NCBI RefSeq assembly: GCF_016026235.1
Contig: NZ_CP065613.1
Direction: 5' to 3' (one strand)
Origin: Escherichia coli
GTDB lineage: Bacteria; Pseudomonadota; Gammaproteobacteria; Enterobacterales; Enterobacteriaceae
DNA: 64,000 nucleotides
In this document: positions 24,797 through 35,745 of the stretch, one piece after another
How positions within the stretch are numbered: the stretch's first letter is position 1
How the letters are laid out: each line of letters begins with the position of its first letter
Program-made: the position numbers and the translations under genes
The notes under the pieces: model-generated
Told to the model about the DNA's origin: nothing
The model's input: only the letters and a program-made list of their open reading frames with translations
Databases searched by the model: none

Positions 24797-25477
24797 TTAG
24801 CGCAAAATTCCATACTCACTGCACAATAACCATTTCACCGGTTCATCTTCTTCTATCGCAGGAAAACGTCCTCCCGGCTCAAGAAAATAGTTATCGTGTT
24901 GGTCATCATTTACCATCGAAATTTCCCAGCCGAGAACAAACGCTTTTTCCGCCCAGAAGCGATGATACAGACGCGGCGGCAGGCAAATGCCCTGCCCCGG
25001 CTTTAACACCAGCGTTTCACCAGGTTTCATGGTACGCCGCTGACCATCAACACTCACGGTAATGACTCGTTGATCATCACAGAGACTGGCTTCGTTGGCC
25101 CAGGCCAACTGCATGCATAAGTCTCCACCGCCCCGATTGAGGATATCTTCCATTTTGTGGGTGTGAAAATGCCAGGGAGTCTGCTGATCTTGTTGGATCT
25201 GCAACATTTTCTCAGCATACGGTTTTGGATATGCCGCCGACCCCAGCGCGCCGTTGCGCATCGTTAGCAGTGTTAGTCCCGTTTGGTTGAAATCACCACG
25301 ACCAAAATCGGTGATATCCCAACCGAGCTGTAAGTCGACCACTTCTTGCCAGTTATCCCGTTCCCGCTGCAGCCAGTCATCCACCGTAAAATAGGCGAAC
25401 TCTGGCAAACAAACGCGGAAGGTCTGCGCAATGGCATGTGCTTTATCAATAACATAATTAATTTGTGAACGTTTCAT
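24797..25477 (-). CDS. cupin-fold sugar isomerase-like protein (D-lyxose/D-mannose isomerase family-like)
   Basis: 226 aa from the ATG at 25477 (GGAGAA Shine-Dalgarno 6 nt upstream); MKRSQINYVIDKAHAIAQTF... with a His/Glu-rich cupin core (WHFHTHKMEDIL). The family call is a recalled similarity, not searched. Confidence 0.75.
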   Translation of the reverse strand: MKRSQINYVIDKAHAIAQTFRVCLPEFAYFTVDDWLQRERDNWQEVVDLQLGWDITDFGRGDFNQTGLTLLTMRNGALGSAAYPKPYAEKMLQIQQDQQTPWHFHTHKMEDILNRGGGDLCMQLAWANEASLCDDQRVITVSVDGQRRTMKPGETLVLKPGQGICLPPRLYHRFWAEKAFVLGWEISMVNDDQHDNYFLEPGGRFPAIEEDEPVKWLLCSEYGILR

Positions 25478-26390
25478 TGGCTTCTCCGTTGCGCATAGCA
25501 AGCCAGGCAGCGCCACGCATTCCGCTACTGTCGCCGTGCTGTGCTTTTACAATGGGAGTGGTGAATTGATCGGTGAAAACCAGTGGAGTGACTTCTGCGT
25601 TCAGATCGGTGATAAGCAGTTCCACATTCGAAAGCCCGCCGCCGATCACAATCACGCCAGGGTCAACAACATTAACGATGGTTGCGAGCGTGCGGGCAAG
25701 CTGTTGGCGAAAACGTGCCACCTGCTGCATGGCACAAGCATCACCACGTTGTGCCAGGGTGACAATCGCCGCAGGAGTGAGCAAGTTACCAGTCATCTGT
25801 TGATAGCGTTCACTAAAACCGCTGCCGGAAACAAACGACTCCACGCAGTTGTGTTTGCCGCAATAGCAACTGACTGATGGACCATCTTCCTGCTCCGTAT
25901 AGCCTGGCAACGTGATATGACCGCATTCGGCAGCATTTCCCCAGGCCCCTATAAACGGTCGTTGCTTGATGGCAATGCCACCGCCGCAGCCCGTACCAAG
26001 CGTAATACCAAATACCACGTCATAATCTTGCCCCGCACCGTCGCAAACTTCTGATAGCGCGAAACAGTTACCATCATTGGCTATCACCACCGGTTGCCCA
26101 AGCAATTGCTGCAAATCAGCCTGTAACGCATGACCGTTAATCACCTGAATATTCGCGTTTTTAATCAGGCCAGTGAGTGGCGAGATACTGCCGGGTAAGG
26201 CGATCCCTGTCAGCATCGGTCGTTGAACGTCCCGCCTAATCTGCTCGATAAGTGCCACAACGCATGAGACAAATTGTTGATATGTCGACTTTTGCGTCGG
26301 GCAGCGGTAACGGCGAATCTCCCAGCCATGCGCATCCATGACGACGGCGGCGATTTTGGTCCCACCAATATCCAACCCCAGATAGTGCAT
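25458..26390 (-). CDS. ROK-family sugar kinase
   Basis: ATG at 26390 (AAGGAA Shine-Dalgarno); MHYLGLDIGGTKIAAVVMD... N-terminal ATP-binding motif and a Cys/His zinc motif (CYCGKHNCVE) typical of the ROK family. Confidence 0.85.
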   Translation of the reverse strand: MHYLGLDIGGTKIAAVVMDAHGWEIRRYRCPTQKSTYQQFVSCVVALIEQIRRDVQRPMLTGIALPGSISPLTGLIKNANIQVINGHALQADLQQLLGQPVVIANDGNCFALSEVCDGAGQDYDVVFGITLGTGCGGGIAIKQRPFIGAWGNAAECGHITLPGYTEQEDGPSVSCYCGKHNCVESFVSGSGFSERYQQMTGNLLTPAAIVTLAQRGDACAMQQVARFRQQLARTLATIVNVVDPGVIVIGGGLSNVELLITDLNAEVTPLVFTDQFTTPIVKAQHGDSSGMRGAAWLAMRNGEANETFTN

Positions 26391-26437
26391 ATCTCGTTCC
26401 TTGTTGCGTAAAAGGCGGGTCACCCCGCCCTTCTGGC

Positions 26438-27298
26438 TTAGTACAGTGATGCTTTACCGAGCGAACCGAACAGTTTCATTTTGTGGCGAATGACTTCCCG
26501 CGCCGCGTTAATCGCATCCGGATAGATGACGTTCGGGTCCCACCAGCTCTCTTTAGCGAGAATTTCACGCACTTTCTGGAAATAGGCGTATTTCATATCG
26601 CTGGAGATATTGATTTTGCCGACGCCGAGCGTAACTGATTCAGCAATCTCCGCGTCCGGGTTTGCCGAACCACCGTGTAGTACCAGCGGAATATCAATAC
26701 GTCCGGCAATGTCGCGCAAAATGTTCATTTGCAGCTTCGGTTGCATCCCTTTTGGATAGATGCCATGCGCTGTACCAATCGCCACAGCCAGTGTGTCGGC
26801 ACCTGTACGAGCAATAAAATCGGCGGCCTGCGCCGGATCTGTGTAGGTCACTTGTGAAACACCACCTTCTACCGACGTTCCTGTTTGTCCGATGGTTCCC
26901 AGTTCACCTTCAACCGACACGCCAACCGCGTGAGCGAGGCGAACCACTTCTGCGGTCAGCGCCACGTTTTCTTCATACGGCAGCAGCGAACCGTCGATCA
27001 TTACTGAGGTAAATCCGCAGCGAATCGCACGCAAAACATGCTCTACAGAGGCACCATGATCGAGGTGCAGTACAAACGGGACTGGACTACGCTGGGTAAT
27101 TTCGCGAACGTGAGCGAAAAAGGCATCGCCCACAAAATCATGTTCGCTGGGATGGATGGCAATAATCGCCGGAGTATTTGTCGCTTCTGCTTCATCCACG
27201 ACTGCGCGAAGGAAACAGTTATCCGCCACATTAAATGCGCCAATGGCAAAGCCGTGCTGGCGGGTAGGTTGCAGTAATTCTTTCATCGAAACTAACAT
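26438..27298 (-). CDS. class II ketose-bisphosphate aldolase (GatY/KbaY/FbaA family), copy 1
   Basis: 286 aa with LHLDHGAS metal-binding motif and ...AIGTAHG.. / LVLHGGS motifs. Confidence 0.85.
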   Translation of the reverse strand: MLVSMKELLQPTRQHGFAIGAFNVADNCFLRAVVDEAEATNTPAIIAIHPSEHDFVGDAFFAHVREITQRSPVPFVLHLDHGASVEHVLRAIRCGFTSVMIDGSLLPYEENVALTAEVVRLAHAVGVSVEGELGTIGQTGTSVEGGVSQVTYTDPAQAADFIARTGADTLAVAIGTAHGIYPKGMQPKLQMNILRDIAGRIDIPLVLHGGSANPDAEIAESVTLGVGKINISSDMKYAYFQKVREILAKESWWDPNVIYPDAINAAREVIRHKMKLFGSLGKASLY

Positions 27299-27378
27299 GT
27301 TAAATCTCCAGTTTCAGCGTGTAGTCCGCCCTGCCGGTGCGTTATTGCACTGGCATAAAGGCCATGACAGAAAATGAA

Positions 27379-28230
27379 TCAGGCTTTGCCGATAGAGCCG
27401 CTCGCCTGTAAATACGGTGTAATCGCTTCTTCGAAGGCCAGTTCCATAGCTTTCAGCGCGTCCACCAGTTCAATGGATATATCGTGACAGAGGGTATGCA
27501 GGAGCGCGGATTTCCCCCGTTCAAAAATGGCCGCCCCCACGTTGATTTTTGCTACCCCCAGCGTCGTACAGAGCTGGAGCTGATCGAACGGCGTACCGCT
27601 ACCGCCATGTAATGCCAGAGGCACGCTCGAGCAGTGGAAAATCTCCGCCAGACGCTGAAAATCAATAGCAGGTACAACACCAGGCGCGTACATGCCGTGC
27701 GCCGTACCCACAGAGACAGCCAGTAGATCAATGCCTGTCTGCGCGATAAACGGTTCCACATCAGTGGGTTGCGTCATCATGTCTGCATTGGCGGCCTGGT
27801 CGTAACGCGGCGCATCTGCCAGATGGCCCAGTTCGCCTTCCACGCAGAGCTGCGCGCTGGCGGCGAGTTCCACCACCGCCCTGGTCTGGCGCACGTTTTC
27901 CTCCAGGGGAAAAGCAGAAGCATCAATCATTAATCCGCTGAAACCAGCACGAAACGCCTGACGAATACAGTCCGGATTTTTGCCATGATCAAGCGCCAGA
28001 GTGACCGGTACTGAAGCAGATTCCGCGAGCGTTTTAACCACTGCCGCCGCGACGGGTGCAGGAAAATGCGCCAGATGCCCCTGATATAGATTGAGAATGA
28101 TCGGAGCGCGATTCTTCTCCGCCACGCGGATAGCTGCGTAAGCACTTTCCAGATTCATACAGTTGATCGCCAGCAAGGCGTAATGTTCATGCCAGGCTTT
28201 CATCACCATACTTTTCATATCGGCAAACAT
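27379..28230 (-). CDS. class II ketose-bisphosphate aldolase, copy 2 (divergent paralog)
   Basis: 283 aa with LALDHGKN, SVGTAHG and LALHGGSG motifs; GGAGG Shine-Dalgarno upstream. Confidence 0.85.
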   Translation of the reverse strand: MFADMKSMVMKAWHEHYALLAINCMNLESAYAAIRVAEKNRAPIILNLYQGHLAHFPAPVAAAVVKTLAESASVPVTLALDHGKNPDCIRQAFRAGFSGLMIDASAFPLEENVRQTRAVVELAASAQLCVEGELGHLADAPRYDQAANADMMTQPTDVEPFIAQTGIDLLAVSVGTAHGMYAPGVVPAIDFQRLAEIFHCSSVPLALHGGSGTPFDQLQLCTTLGVAKINVGAAIFERGKSALLHTLCHDISIELVDALKAMELAFEEAITPYLQASGSIGKA

Positions 28231-28241
28231 AGGGCCTCCGG

Positions 28242-29333
28242 TTATTCGAGGGTGAAAGTGATCTCTTCATCTTTCAGCTTTTGATCGCTCAGTTCGTCAA
28301 ACTCTTCGTCGCGTTCCGTTACCGGTTTCTTCCAGAGTGAAAGCATCACGCCACAAATCACCGTGCCTATACCCAGCGCCAGGCAAAACAGCAGAGGATG
28401 GGTGAACAGAGGCACAACAAACATGCCGCCATGCGGAACCGGACTCTCCACGCCCCACACCATGATTAAGCCGCCCGCGACCGCCGATGCCACCACACAA
28501 GATCCCACTACTCGCAGCAGGTCACGCGCGGCGATCGGAATGACTCCTTCAGTGATCATGCAGATCCCCATCGGAAACGCGGCTTTCAGCGCCTCGCGCT
28601 CCGCACGGGTGTATTTATGGCGTGTCAGTAAGAACGAAAGTGTGATGCCAAACGGAGGGATGATTGAGCCGACAAATTTCACGGCTTCTGGTCCGTAGAC
28701 GCCACTGACCAGCAAGCCATCGGAAAACAGCGACATGGTTTTGTTGACCGGACCACCGAAATCGAAGGTTGCCATCGCGCCAAGTATGGCCCCCATCAGG
28801 AAGCGCGATCCGCCCTGCATCGACTCGAGCAAATGAATCAGTGCTTCTTGTAACCAGGCGATGGGTTTACCAATCAGCGTCATCATTAACAGCCCACCGA
28901 TAATGGTGCTTAATACCGGCAACACCATGATTGGCATGAGTCCTTGCATCGACTGCGGCAGGCGGATATAGCGTTTAAGTAGCAAAATGGTGTAGCCCAC
29001 CAGGAAACCACCCAACATACCGCCAATAAATCCGGTATGGATTTGCCCACAGAGAAAGCCGACAATCAGACCCGGGGCAAATCCGGGACGATCGGCAATA
29101 GAATAGGCAATTGCCGCGCTAATCAGCGGCACAATCAGCCCCATTCCCCAGCCGCCAATCTGATTAAGCATCCACGGGATTGTTCCTGTTTTTTCACCAA
29201 CATCTGTACCGCCAAGAACTTGCCCCAACGCAATACATATCCCGGCGGCCACAATAAGGGGTATCATCCACGAGATGCCGGTTAATAAATGTTTTTTAAT
29301 TTCCTGTGAAACCGGAATTTTATTGTCTTTCAT
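28242..29333 (-). CDS. PTS fructose-family EIIC permease component
   Basis: 363 aa, highly hydrophobic and polytopic, adjacent to the EIIB and EIIA genes. Confidence 0.85.
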   Translation of the reverse strand: MKDNKIPVSQEIKKHLLTGISWMIPLIVAAGICIALGQVLGGTDVGEKTGTIPWMLNQIGGWGMGLIVPLISAAIAYSIADRPGFAPGLIVGFLCGQIHTGFIGGMLGGFLVGYTILLLKRYIRLPQSMQGLMPIMVLPVLSTIIGGLLMMTLIGKPIAWLQEALIHLLESMQGGSRFLMGAILGAMATFDFGGPVNKTMSLFSDGLLVSGVYGPEAVKFVGSIIPPFGITLSFLLTRHKYTRAEREALKAAFPMGICMITEGVIPIAARDLLRVVGSCVVASAVAGGLIMVWGVESPVPHGGMFVVPLFTHPLLFCLALGIGTVICGVMLSLWKKPVTERDEEFDELSDQKLKDEEITFTLE

Positions 29334-29357
29334 ATTAAGATCCCTCCAGTATAAGGA

Positions 29358-29672
29358 TCATTTGTTTCCCAGTGATTTTTCGACCTTTTCAAGAAATTGA
29401 ACGGGCGATTTAATGACGATCTCTGTCTTTACTCGCACAATACGTTTATTGGTGAAGCGTTCTTCTCCTTTTATTTTCACATCTACAGCAAGAATCACGA
29501 CGTCAGCAGCAGAGATATCTGCCGCCTGTAATTCATTTTCTGTACCAATGGTTCCCTGGGTTTCAACTTTAATGGTATGGCCCAGAGCTTTTGCTCCTTT
29601 GATTAACTTTTCACGAGCAATATAGGTATGAGCAATACCCGCCGTACAGGCGGCAACACAGACAATATTCAT
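29358..29672 (-). CDS. PTS fructose-family EIIB component
   Basis: 104 aa MNIVCVAACTAGIAHTYIAREKL..., with the phospho-cysteine loop CxxGxAHT. Confidence 0.85.
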   Translation of the reverse strand: MNIVCVAACTAGIAHTYIAREKLIKGAKALGHTIKVETQGTIGTENELQAADISAADVVILAVDVKIKGEERFTNKRIVRVKTEIVIKSPVQFLEKVEKSLGNK

Positions 29673-29689
29673 GACATACTCCCTGTTAT

Positions 29690-30160
29690 TTAGCAGACAT
29701 CGGATTGTGCATACTGACTAAAGAGATCAATGATTTTTTGCGGACTCGTCTCAACTAACAATTGTTCTATGATGTCATCATCCGCCAGCGCGCCCGCGAC
29801 CTGGGAAAGTAAACGGATATGGGTGGTATTTTGATCTTCAAGACGTACCGCAAATAAAATAATACAGCGCACGCTACTACCATCCAGCGTTTCCCAAGGA
29901 ATATCCTGGCGGGTACGGCCAATTGCCAGCGTAGTATTAATTACCGCAGAAGATTTACCATGCGGGATCGCAATATGATTTTCAAAACCAGTCGAGCCTT
30001 CCGCTTCGCGCTGCCAGACATCTTTAATAAAGGTTTCCCGACAATCGATCGCACCATCTTTTTTGAGAAGATTAGTTAATTCTTCAATCGCCTCCGCTTT
30101 ATTCGTCGCTTGCATATCTAAAATAACGCGATTCGTATTCAGGATTTTTGTTATGTCCAT
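29690..30160 (-). CDS. PTS EIIA component (fructose/mannitol type)
   Basis: 156 aa with the phosphorylatable histidine context IAIPHGK. Confidence 0.85.
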   Translation of the reverse strand: MDITKILNTNRVILDMQATNKAEAIEELTNLLKKDGAIDCRETFIKDVWQREAEGSTGFENHIAIPHGKSSAVINTTLAIGRTRQDIPWETLDGSSVRCIILFAVRLEDQNTTHIRLLSQVAGALADDDIIEQLLVETSPQKIIDLFSQYAQSDVC

Positions 30161-30186
30161 TCGTCATACCTCATAAAATTCTGACA

Positions 30187-31740
30187 TTAAATTTCAACGA
30201 CCCGAGACGTCGCATGATGTAATTTTTCCGTAATCACCACTTCAGTGATCCGCTTAATATCGGCATCATTAAAAAAAGCGGTAACATAAGCGACCGGCAT
30301 AGTGACTGTAGGCAAATTAATGGTCGAAATAATCAGTTCGATATTGTCAGGCAAAACCTGTGATAAATTCGCTGCTGAAATAACATCAACAATCGTCCAT
30401 TCAGGAAATGCTCGCAGAATACGGCTTTTCAGTAGATGCGAAGTTCCGATTCCGGTTGAACAGACCAGTAATACACGTTTACGGGCAATTTGCCGCTCCA
30501 TCGCAGCCTGAAAATGAACGGTCAGGTAACCCACTTCATCCTCGCTCACTGCATTCTCACCCCAGGTTTTAAATACCTGATTCACCACATATTGCGTCAA
30601 CCGCCAGACATCCGCTAATTCTGCTTTAATATCTTCCAGCAATGGATTACGGATATGAATACGATAATTTAGTCGGTTAATCAGCGGTTTAATATGCACC
30701 AATAAGCCATCATATAATGCGCTGTCTTCACTAAAATCGCAGTCCACGATGTCACTGAATACCGTAATTAAACGCCAGGTAATAAGACGCGCTTCATTGC
30801 TGGCCTGCATATGTGAAATAATGCTAACATCTTTTTGTCCATCAATCGCCACACCTGATGAAATGATATATTGATAAATAAACCAGACTTCATCATCGGG
30901 CAATGTATGTGCAATTCGTTGTTCTATCTTATGAATCATCTGACTGGCAACATTAAAGATATTTTCATCATATTGCCTGGTTTGATCTTCTTCTCTTGAT
31001 AACGCATTCCCGTGCGTGTTGCGATACATCATAATAAGGATGTGAGTAAAAATGTTAACGTAATAAGGTTCTCCCAAAGACCAACTTAATTCATTTTCCA
31101 TATCCAGTAACAATGACTGGACAAATAACACCTCTTCTTCTCCAAAATAATGGACTAATGCTTTATAACTTCCGGGATCCAGACGTGAATACACGACACC
31201 TTGCGGCTCATTATGGTTAATAATGCCGTTAATCAGTAATGCCATTGCCTGTCGGACTTGCCCTTCACTACCTTCAATATGCGTACCACTTGGGCTGCGG
31301 ATCAACGATAACCCCAACGGCGCAAGCCAGGACTCAATTACTCTCAGGTCATTAACAATAGAGGCTCCGCTGATAAAGTAGCGTTCTGACAATTTACTGA
31401 TCGACGTTTCATTCGGTGTTTCACTTAATAACTGCGACGCTATTTTAACGCGCCTAGCATTATTCATTACACCATCAATCTCTTCACATTCTGCTCCCAA
31501 CAAATGATCAAGATGCAGCAAATCAGCAATATTCTCCGCACTTAACATCACACCCGCGCCAGCACGCTTCTCAACATTTATTCTCCATTGCCCCAGCCAT
31601 TGCTCAAGTAAACGTAAATCACGTTGAATGGTTTTTTCCGAAACATTTAAATAGCCGGCAATCTTAACAATAGTCGTATATTCCCTTCGAGGTAAAAGGA
31701 ATCGTAATAATCTGTTTTGTCGCGAGGTAATCATTTGCAT
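30187..31740 (-). CDS. PTS-regulated transcriptional activator (Mga/BglG-like; HTH plus PRD plus EIIB/EIIA-like domains)
   Basis: 517 aa; N-terminal HTH (YTTIVKIAGYLNVSEKTIQRDLRLLE), central PRD-like regions and a C-terminal PTS EIIB-like segment (RVLLVCSTGIGTSHLL). First gene of the island operon. Confidence 0.8.
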   Translation of the reverse strand: MQMITSRQNRLLRFLLPRREYTTIVKIAGYLNVSEKTIQRDLRLLEQWLGQWRINVEKRAGAGVMLSAENIADLLHLDHLLGAECEEIDGVMNNARRVKIASQLLSETPNETSISKLSERYFISGASIVNDLRVIESWLAPLGLSLIRSPSGTHIEGSEGQVRQAMALLINGIINHNEPQGVVYSRLDPGSYKALVHYFGEEEVLFVQSLLLDMENELSWSLGEPYYVNIFTHILIMMYRNTHGNALSREEDQTRQYDENIFNVASQMIHKIEQRIAHTLPDDEVWFIYQYIISSGVAIDGQKDVSIISHMQASNEARLITWRLITVFSDIVDCDFSEDSALYDGLLVHIKPLINRLNYRIHIRNPLLEDIKAELADVWRLTQYVVNQVFKTWGENAVSEDEVGYLTVHFQAAMERQIARKRVLLVCSTGIGTSHLLKSRILRAFPEWTIVDVISAANLSQVLPDNIELIISTINLPTVTMPVAYVTAFFNDADIKRITEVVITEKLHHATSRVVEI

Positions 31741-32034
31741 TTTTTACCCTTATCACAGATTAAGAAGCCCCATGAGGAAGAGCTTCAGTTGCCATCTCTG
31801 AGGGTAAATATAAAGCAGAATAATTTCACAACAATACTAAAATCTGTCCGTAATCCGGACAGTGATAAAACAAAGCAAGGCGGTTAAGGGATATTTTTCA
31901 GCACAGATCACATTTTCGCGATGAATAATCGTGATCATGCTCGCAAATACGATGGAAGAAATATTTATTACCAGATGTGAGATTATTTACCGGATACGAC
32001 ACGAAACCATTCGTATCCGGCATTCTTCAATAGA

Positions 32035-34353
32035 TTACAACGTAATTGTCAGCGCATTCCCTTGAGGAGTCACCACCAGTCCCTGCTCACTTTCAGCCTG
32101 CGAACCGCCTTGCAGACCATTTACTTTCACAACATTGCGCAAGCACAGCGTCCAGTTCTTCGCCTCGCCCGCACCAGTCACAGTAATCGTGTTGCCAGTA
32201 CGTGCTGCTTTTAAAGTAAAGATCACCGAACCGTCAGCAGCGGGCACTTCACAGACGGCTTCATGCCCGTCTTGCAGTTTAAAGAGCTGGAATGCCGTAC
32301 CTTCGTGCCACGCGTAATCGGGACGTTGATCGTTGTTGCCCAGCGCCAGTAGGGTGTTATCACGCACATAAACGGGCAGACTCAGGAAGCCGTGCTGCTG
32401 TTTATGCCAGCGACTACCGTCGAGCTCATCGTTGTGCCACAGGTGTGTCCAGCGACCTTCCGGCAAGTAGAACTGCACCTCGCCCTCCTCAGTGAACACC
32501 GGAGCAACCATCACGTTGTCGCCTAGCATGTATTGACGGTCAAGGTAATCACAAGCCGGATCGTCCGGGAACTCCATCATCATGGCCCGCATCATCGGCG
32601 TACCCCGCGCGTTCGCACGCGCAGCTTCACGATACAGATACGGCATCATGCGGCATTTCAGTTGCGTGAAGAAGCGCACCACATCACAGGACTCATCATC
32701 GTAGGCCCACGGCACACGATAAGATTTGCTGCCATGTAAACGACTATGGCTGGAGAGCAAACCAAACGCGCACCAGCGTTTGTAAACGTGCGCCGGCGCG
32801 GTATTCTCAAAGCCGCCGATATCGTGGCTCCAGAAGCCAAAACCTGAAAGGCCAATAGACAAACCACCGCGCAGGCTTTCCGCCATTGATTCGTAGTTAG
32901 CGTAACAGTCGCCACCCCAGTGTACCGGGAATTTCTGCGCACCGACGGAGGCCGAGCGGGCAAACAAGACAGCTTCTTCCTCACCAACGGTGTCCTTGAG
33001 CACGTTCCACACCAGTTCGTTGTAGATGTACGCATAATGGTTATGCATTTTCTGCGGATCGGAACCGTCAAACCACTGAACATCAGTTGGGATACGTTCG
33101 CCAAAGTCGGTCTTAAAGCAATCAACGCCCATCGCGACCAGACCTTTCAGTTTGTCGGCGTACCATTTGCAGGCATCCGGATTGGTAAAGTCATAAATCG
33201 CCAGACCTGGCTGCCATTTATCCCACTGCCATAGCGAACCGTCCGGGCGTTTGAGTAAATAGCCTTTCTCTTGTAACTCTTTAAAGACGGGGGATTTTTG
33301 ACCGATATAGGGGTTAATCCAGACGCAGATTTTCAGCCCTTTCGCTTTCAGGCGGCGGATCATCCCTTCCGGGTCAGGGAAAGTCAGCGGGTCCCACTCA
33401 AAATCGCACCACTGGAAGGCTTTCATCCAGAAACAGTCAAAGTGGAAAACATGCAGCGGCAGATTGCGTTCCGCCATACCATCGATAAAGCTGTTTACCG
33501 TCGCTTCGTCGTAGTTGGTGGTAAATGAAGTGGTTAGCCACAGGCCGAAGGACCACGCGGGCGGCAGCGCCGGACGACCAGTAAAGCGGGTATAACGATC
33601 AAGTACCGCTTTCGACGTCGGGCCGTCGATAACAAAGTATTCGAGATATTCACTCTCAACGCTGAACTGCACTTTGGAGACTTTCTCCGATCCCACTTCA
33701 AAAGAGACACACTGGGGATGATTGACCAGTACCCCATAACCACGGTTAGTCATGTAGAACGGGATATTTTTATACGCCTGTTCAGTACTTGTGCCGCCGT
33801 CCCGGTTCCAGGTCTCTACCGTCTGGCCATTGCGCACCAGGGCAGTAAAGCGCTCTCCCAGACCGTAAACTGTTTCGCCAACGCCAAGATCAAGCCGCTC
33901 AAACATATAATTGCGTTGATTATTCGTGTCCTGCACGTAGCCATTATTTTTCACCTGACTACCGGTAATACGTTCGCCGTTGCGCAGAAAATCCAGTGAC
34001 CAGAACTCACCTTTGCTGACACGCGCGCTTAAGTTGCCACTTTTAAACTCAGCATAACGTTCTGTGTTTTCGATTGTGACCTTCACGTCCTGCAAAATAT
34101 TGAGCGGATAATGAGGGCCGTTATTCAGCGCCCCCTGAAAATGCTCAATCCGCACCCCGACAATACCTTCCTGTGGGGAGAAAAAGCGCAGCGTAAATAA
34201 AGGCGTGTCAAGCTGCCATGTACGTTCACGTACATCACGGGGGGCAGCATAGACCACCATTTCATTACCCTGCTGTTCAACCTCGAACACCTGAAGCGGG
34301 TGAATCAAATTGAGGCCAGGTTGAATCAACCAGTTTCCATCGCTAATTTTCAT
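32035..34353 (-). CDS. yicI: alpha-xylosidase (GH31)
   Basis: 772 aa [38 protein letters not shown]... with the GH31 catalytic region (WINPY..., KTDFGE). Confidence 0.95.
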   Translation of the reverse strand: MKISDGNWLIQPGLNLIHPLQVFEVEQQGNEMVVYAAPRDVRERTWQLDTPLFTLRFFSPQEGIVGVRIEHFQGALNNGPHYPLNILQDVKVTIENTERYAEFKSGNLSARVSKGEFWSLDFLRNGERITGSQVKNNGYVQDTNNQRNYMFERLDLGVGETVYGLGERFTALVRNGQTVETWNRDGGTSTEQAYKNIPFYMTNRGYGVLVNHPQCVSFEVGSEKVSKVQFSVESEYLEYFVIDGPTSKAVLDRYTRFTGRPALPPAWSFGLWLTTSFTTNYDEATVNSFIDGMAERNLPLHVFHFDCFWMKAFQWCDFEWDPLTFPDPEGMIRRLKAKGLKICVWINPYIGQKSPVFKELQEKGYLLKRPDGSLWQWDKWQPGLAIYDFTNPDACKWYADKLKGLVAMGVDCFKTDFGERIPTDVQWFDGSDPQKMHNHYAYIYNELVWNVLKDTVGEEEAVLFARSASVGAQKFPVHWGGDCYANYESMAESLRGGLSIGLSGFGFWSHDIGGFENTAPAHVYKRWCAFGLLSSHSRLHGSKSYRVPWAYDDESCDVVRFFTQLKCRMMPYLYREAARANARGTPMMRAMMMEFPDDPACDYLDRQYMLGDNVMVAPVFTEEGEVQFYLPEGRWTHLWHNDELDGSRWHKQQHGFLSLPVYVRDNTLLALGNNDQRPDYAWHEGTAFQLFKLQDGHEAVCEVPAADGSVIFTLKAARTGNTITVTGAGEAKNWTLCLRNVVKVNGLQGGSQAESEQGLVVTPQGNALTITL

Positions 34354-34362
34354 TGCCGTTCC

Positions 34363-35745
34363 TTAGTTCTGCACTTCTTGAGAGGTGAATTGTTGCTGGC
34401 AACGGCGTTTGCCCTGAGCCAGCTGTTCCATAACGGTTTTCAGATTGTGCGTCGTGAGTGAGTAGTAGCGTTTAGCGATAATCGCGCTCAGCAAATAACA
34501 GATCGCCGGAACAATCGTGAATAGCGCGATAATGATGCTAATCGTGGCGCTGTTCTGCGCTTTTTCTGCCGCATCATATCCGCCATAAGCCAGCATCCAG
34601 CCGATAAGAGCGCCGCCGAAGGCCAACCCCAGTTTGAGCACAAACAGCGTGCCAGCAAAACTGATCCCGGTCAGGCGTTTACCATTGCACCACTCGCCGT
34701 AATCGACGGTATCGGACATCATTACCCACTGGATAGGTGTCACCAGTTGATGCAACACACCAATCACGAAGATGAAGACAAACATAGTGATGCTGGCCTG
34801 CATGGGAACAAAGAACATTGCGAGGCTAATCACTGCCAGCAGGGCGTTCGTCCACCAGAAGATAGTGACTTTACATTTCCAGTCGGTCAGCGGTTTTGCC
34901 AGTGCGGAACCAATCAGGTTACCCACGCAATAAGTGGTGAGAAAAGCGACAAACACTTCCGGCGTACCCAAAATCCATGTGACGTAATACATCATCGCCC
35001 CACCGCGTACGCACACCGCCAGGATATTGAAAATGGTTAGTAAACCGACAATCCGCCACTGGTCGTTTTGCCAGATATCACGTAAATCTTCCCGCATAGA
35101 CGTCGTTGTAGGTGGTGCTTCAACGCGTTCTTTAGTGGTGAAGAAACAGAATGCCAGCATCATGAATGCCACCACGGAAAGGACCGCGATACCGCCCTGG
35201 AAACCGAGTGGTTTATTATCACCACCAATTAAATTAACCAGTGGCATCATCAGAACAGTAGAGAGCATGCCTCCCGCGGTCGCCAGCACAAAACGCCAGA
35301 ATTGCAGCGAGATACGCTGAGTCGGGTCATTGGTGATTACACCACCCAATGCGCAGTAAGGGATATTGACGACGGTATAAAGTAAGGTAAGTAGGGTGTA
35401 AGTAATTGCTGCATAGATCATTTTTCCGTTCATAGTGAGATCTGGCGTGCTATAGGCCAGTACACAGACGATCCCGAATGGCAGTGCGCCAAACAGTACC
35501 CACGGACGAAATTTACCCCAGCGAGAGCGCGTTCGATCGGCCAACAATCCCATGCAAGGATCGGAAATCGCATCCAGTGCACGAGCGACCAAAAACATGG
35601 TTCCGACAAATCCGGCAGGAATGCCAAAAATATCGGTATAAAAGAACATCATATATAACATTACGTTATCGAAAATAATGTGGCTGGCGGCGTCTCCCAT
35701 GCCATAACCAATTTTCTCTTTAACGGACAACACTTCACTCTTCAT
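34363..35745 (-). CDS. yicJ: GPH-family sugar:cation symporter
   Basis: 460 aa from MKSEVLSVKEKIGYGMGDAASHIIFDNVMLYMMFFYTDIFGI...; the listed ORF extends 19 codons upstream. Confidence 0.9.
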   Translation of the reverse strand: MKSEVLSVKEKIGYGMGDAASHIIFDNVMLYMMFFYTDIFGIPAGFVGTMFLVARALDAISDPCMGLLADRTRSRWGKFRPWVLFGALPFGIVCVLAYSTPDLTMNGKMIYAAITYTLLTLLYTVVNIPYCALGGVITNDPTQRISLQFWRFVLATAGGMLSTVLMMPLVNLIGGDNKPLGFQGGIAVLSVVAFMMLAFCFFTTKERVEAPPTTTSMREDLRDIWQNDQWRIVGLLTIFNILAVCVRGGAMMYYVTWILGTPEVFVAFLTTYCVGNLIGSALAKPLTDWKCKVTIFWWTNALLAVISLAMFFVPMQASITMFVFIFVIGVLHQLVTPIQWVMMSDTVDYGEWCNGKRLTGISFAGTLFVLKLGLAFGGALIGWMLAYGGYDAAEKAQNSATISIIIALFTIVPAICYLLSAIIAKRYYSLTTHNLKTVMEQLAQGKRRCQQQFTSQEVQN

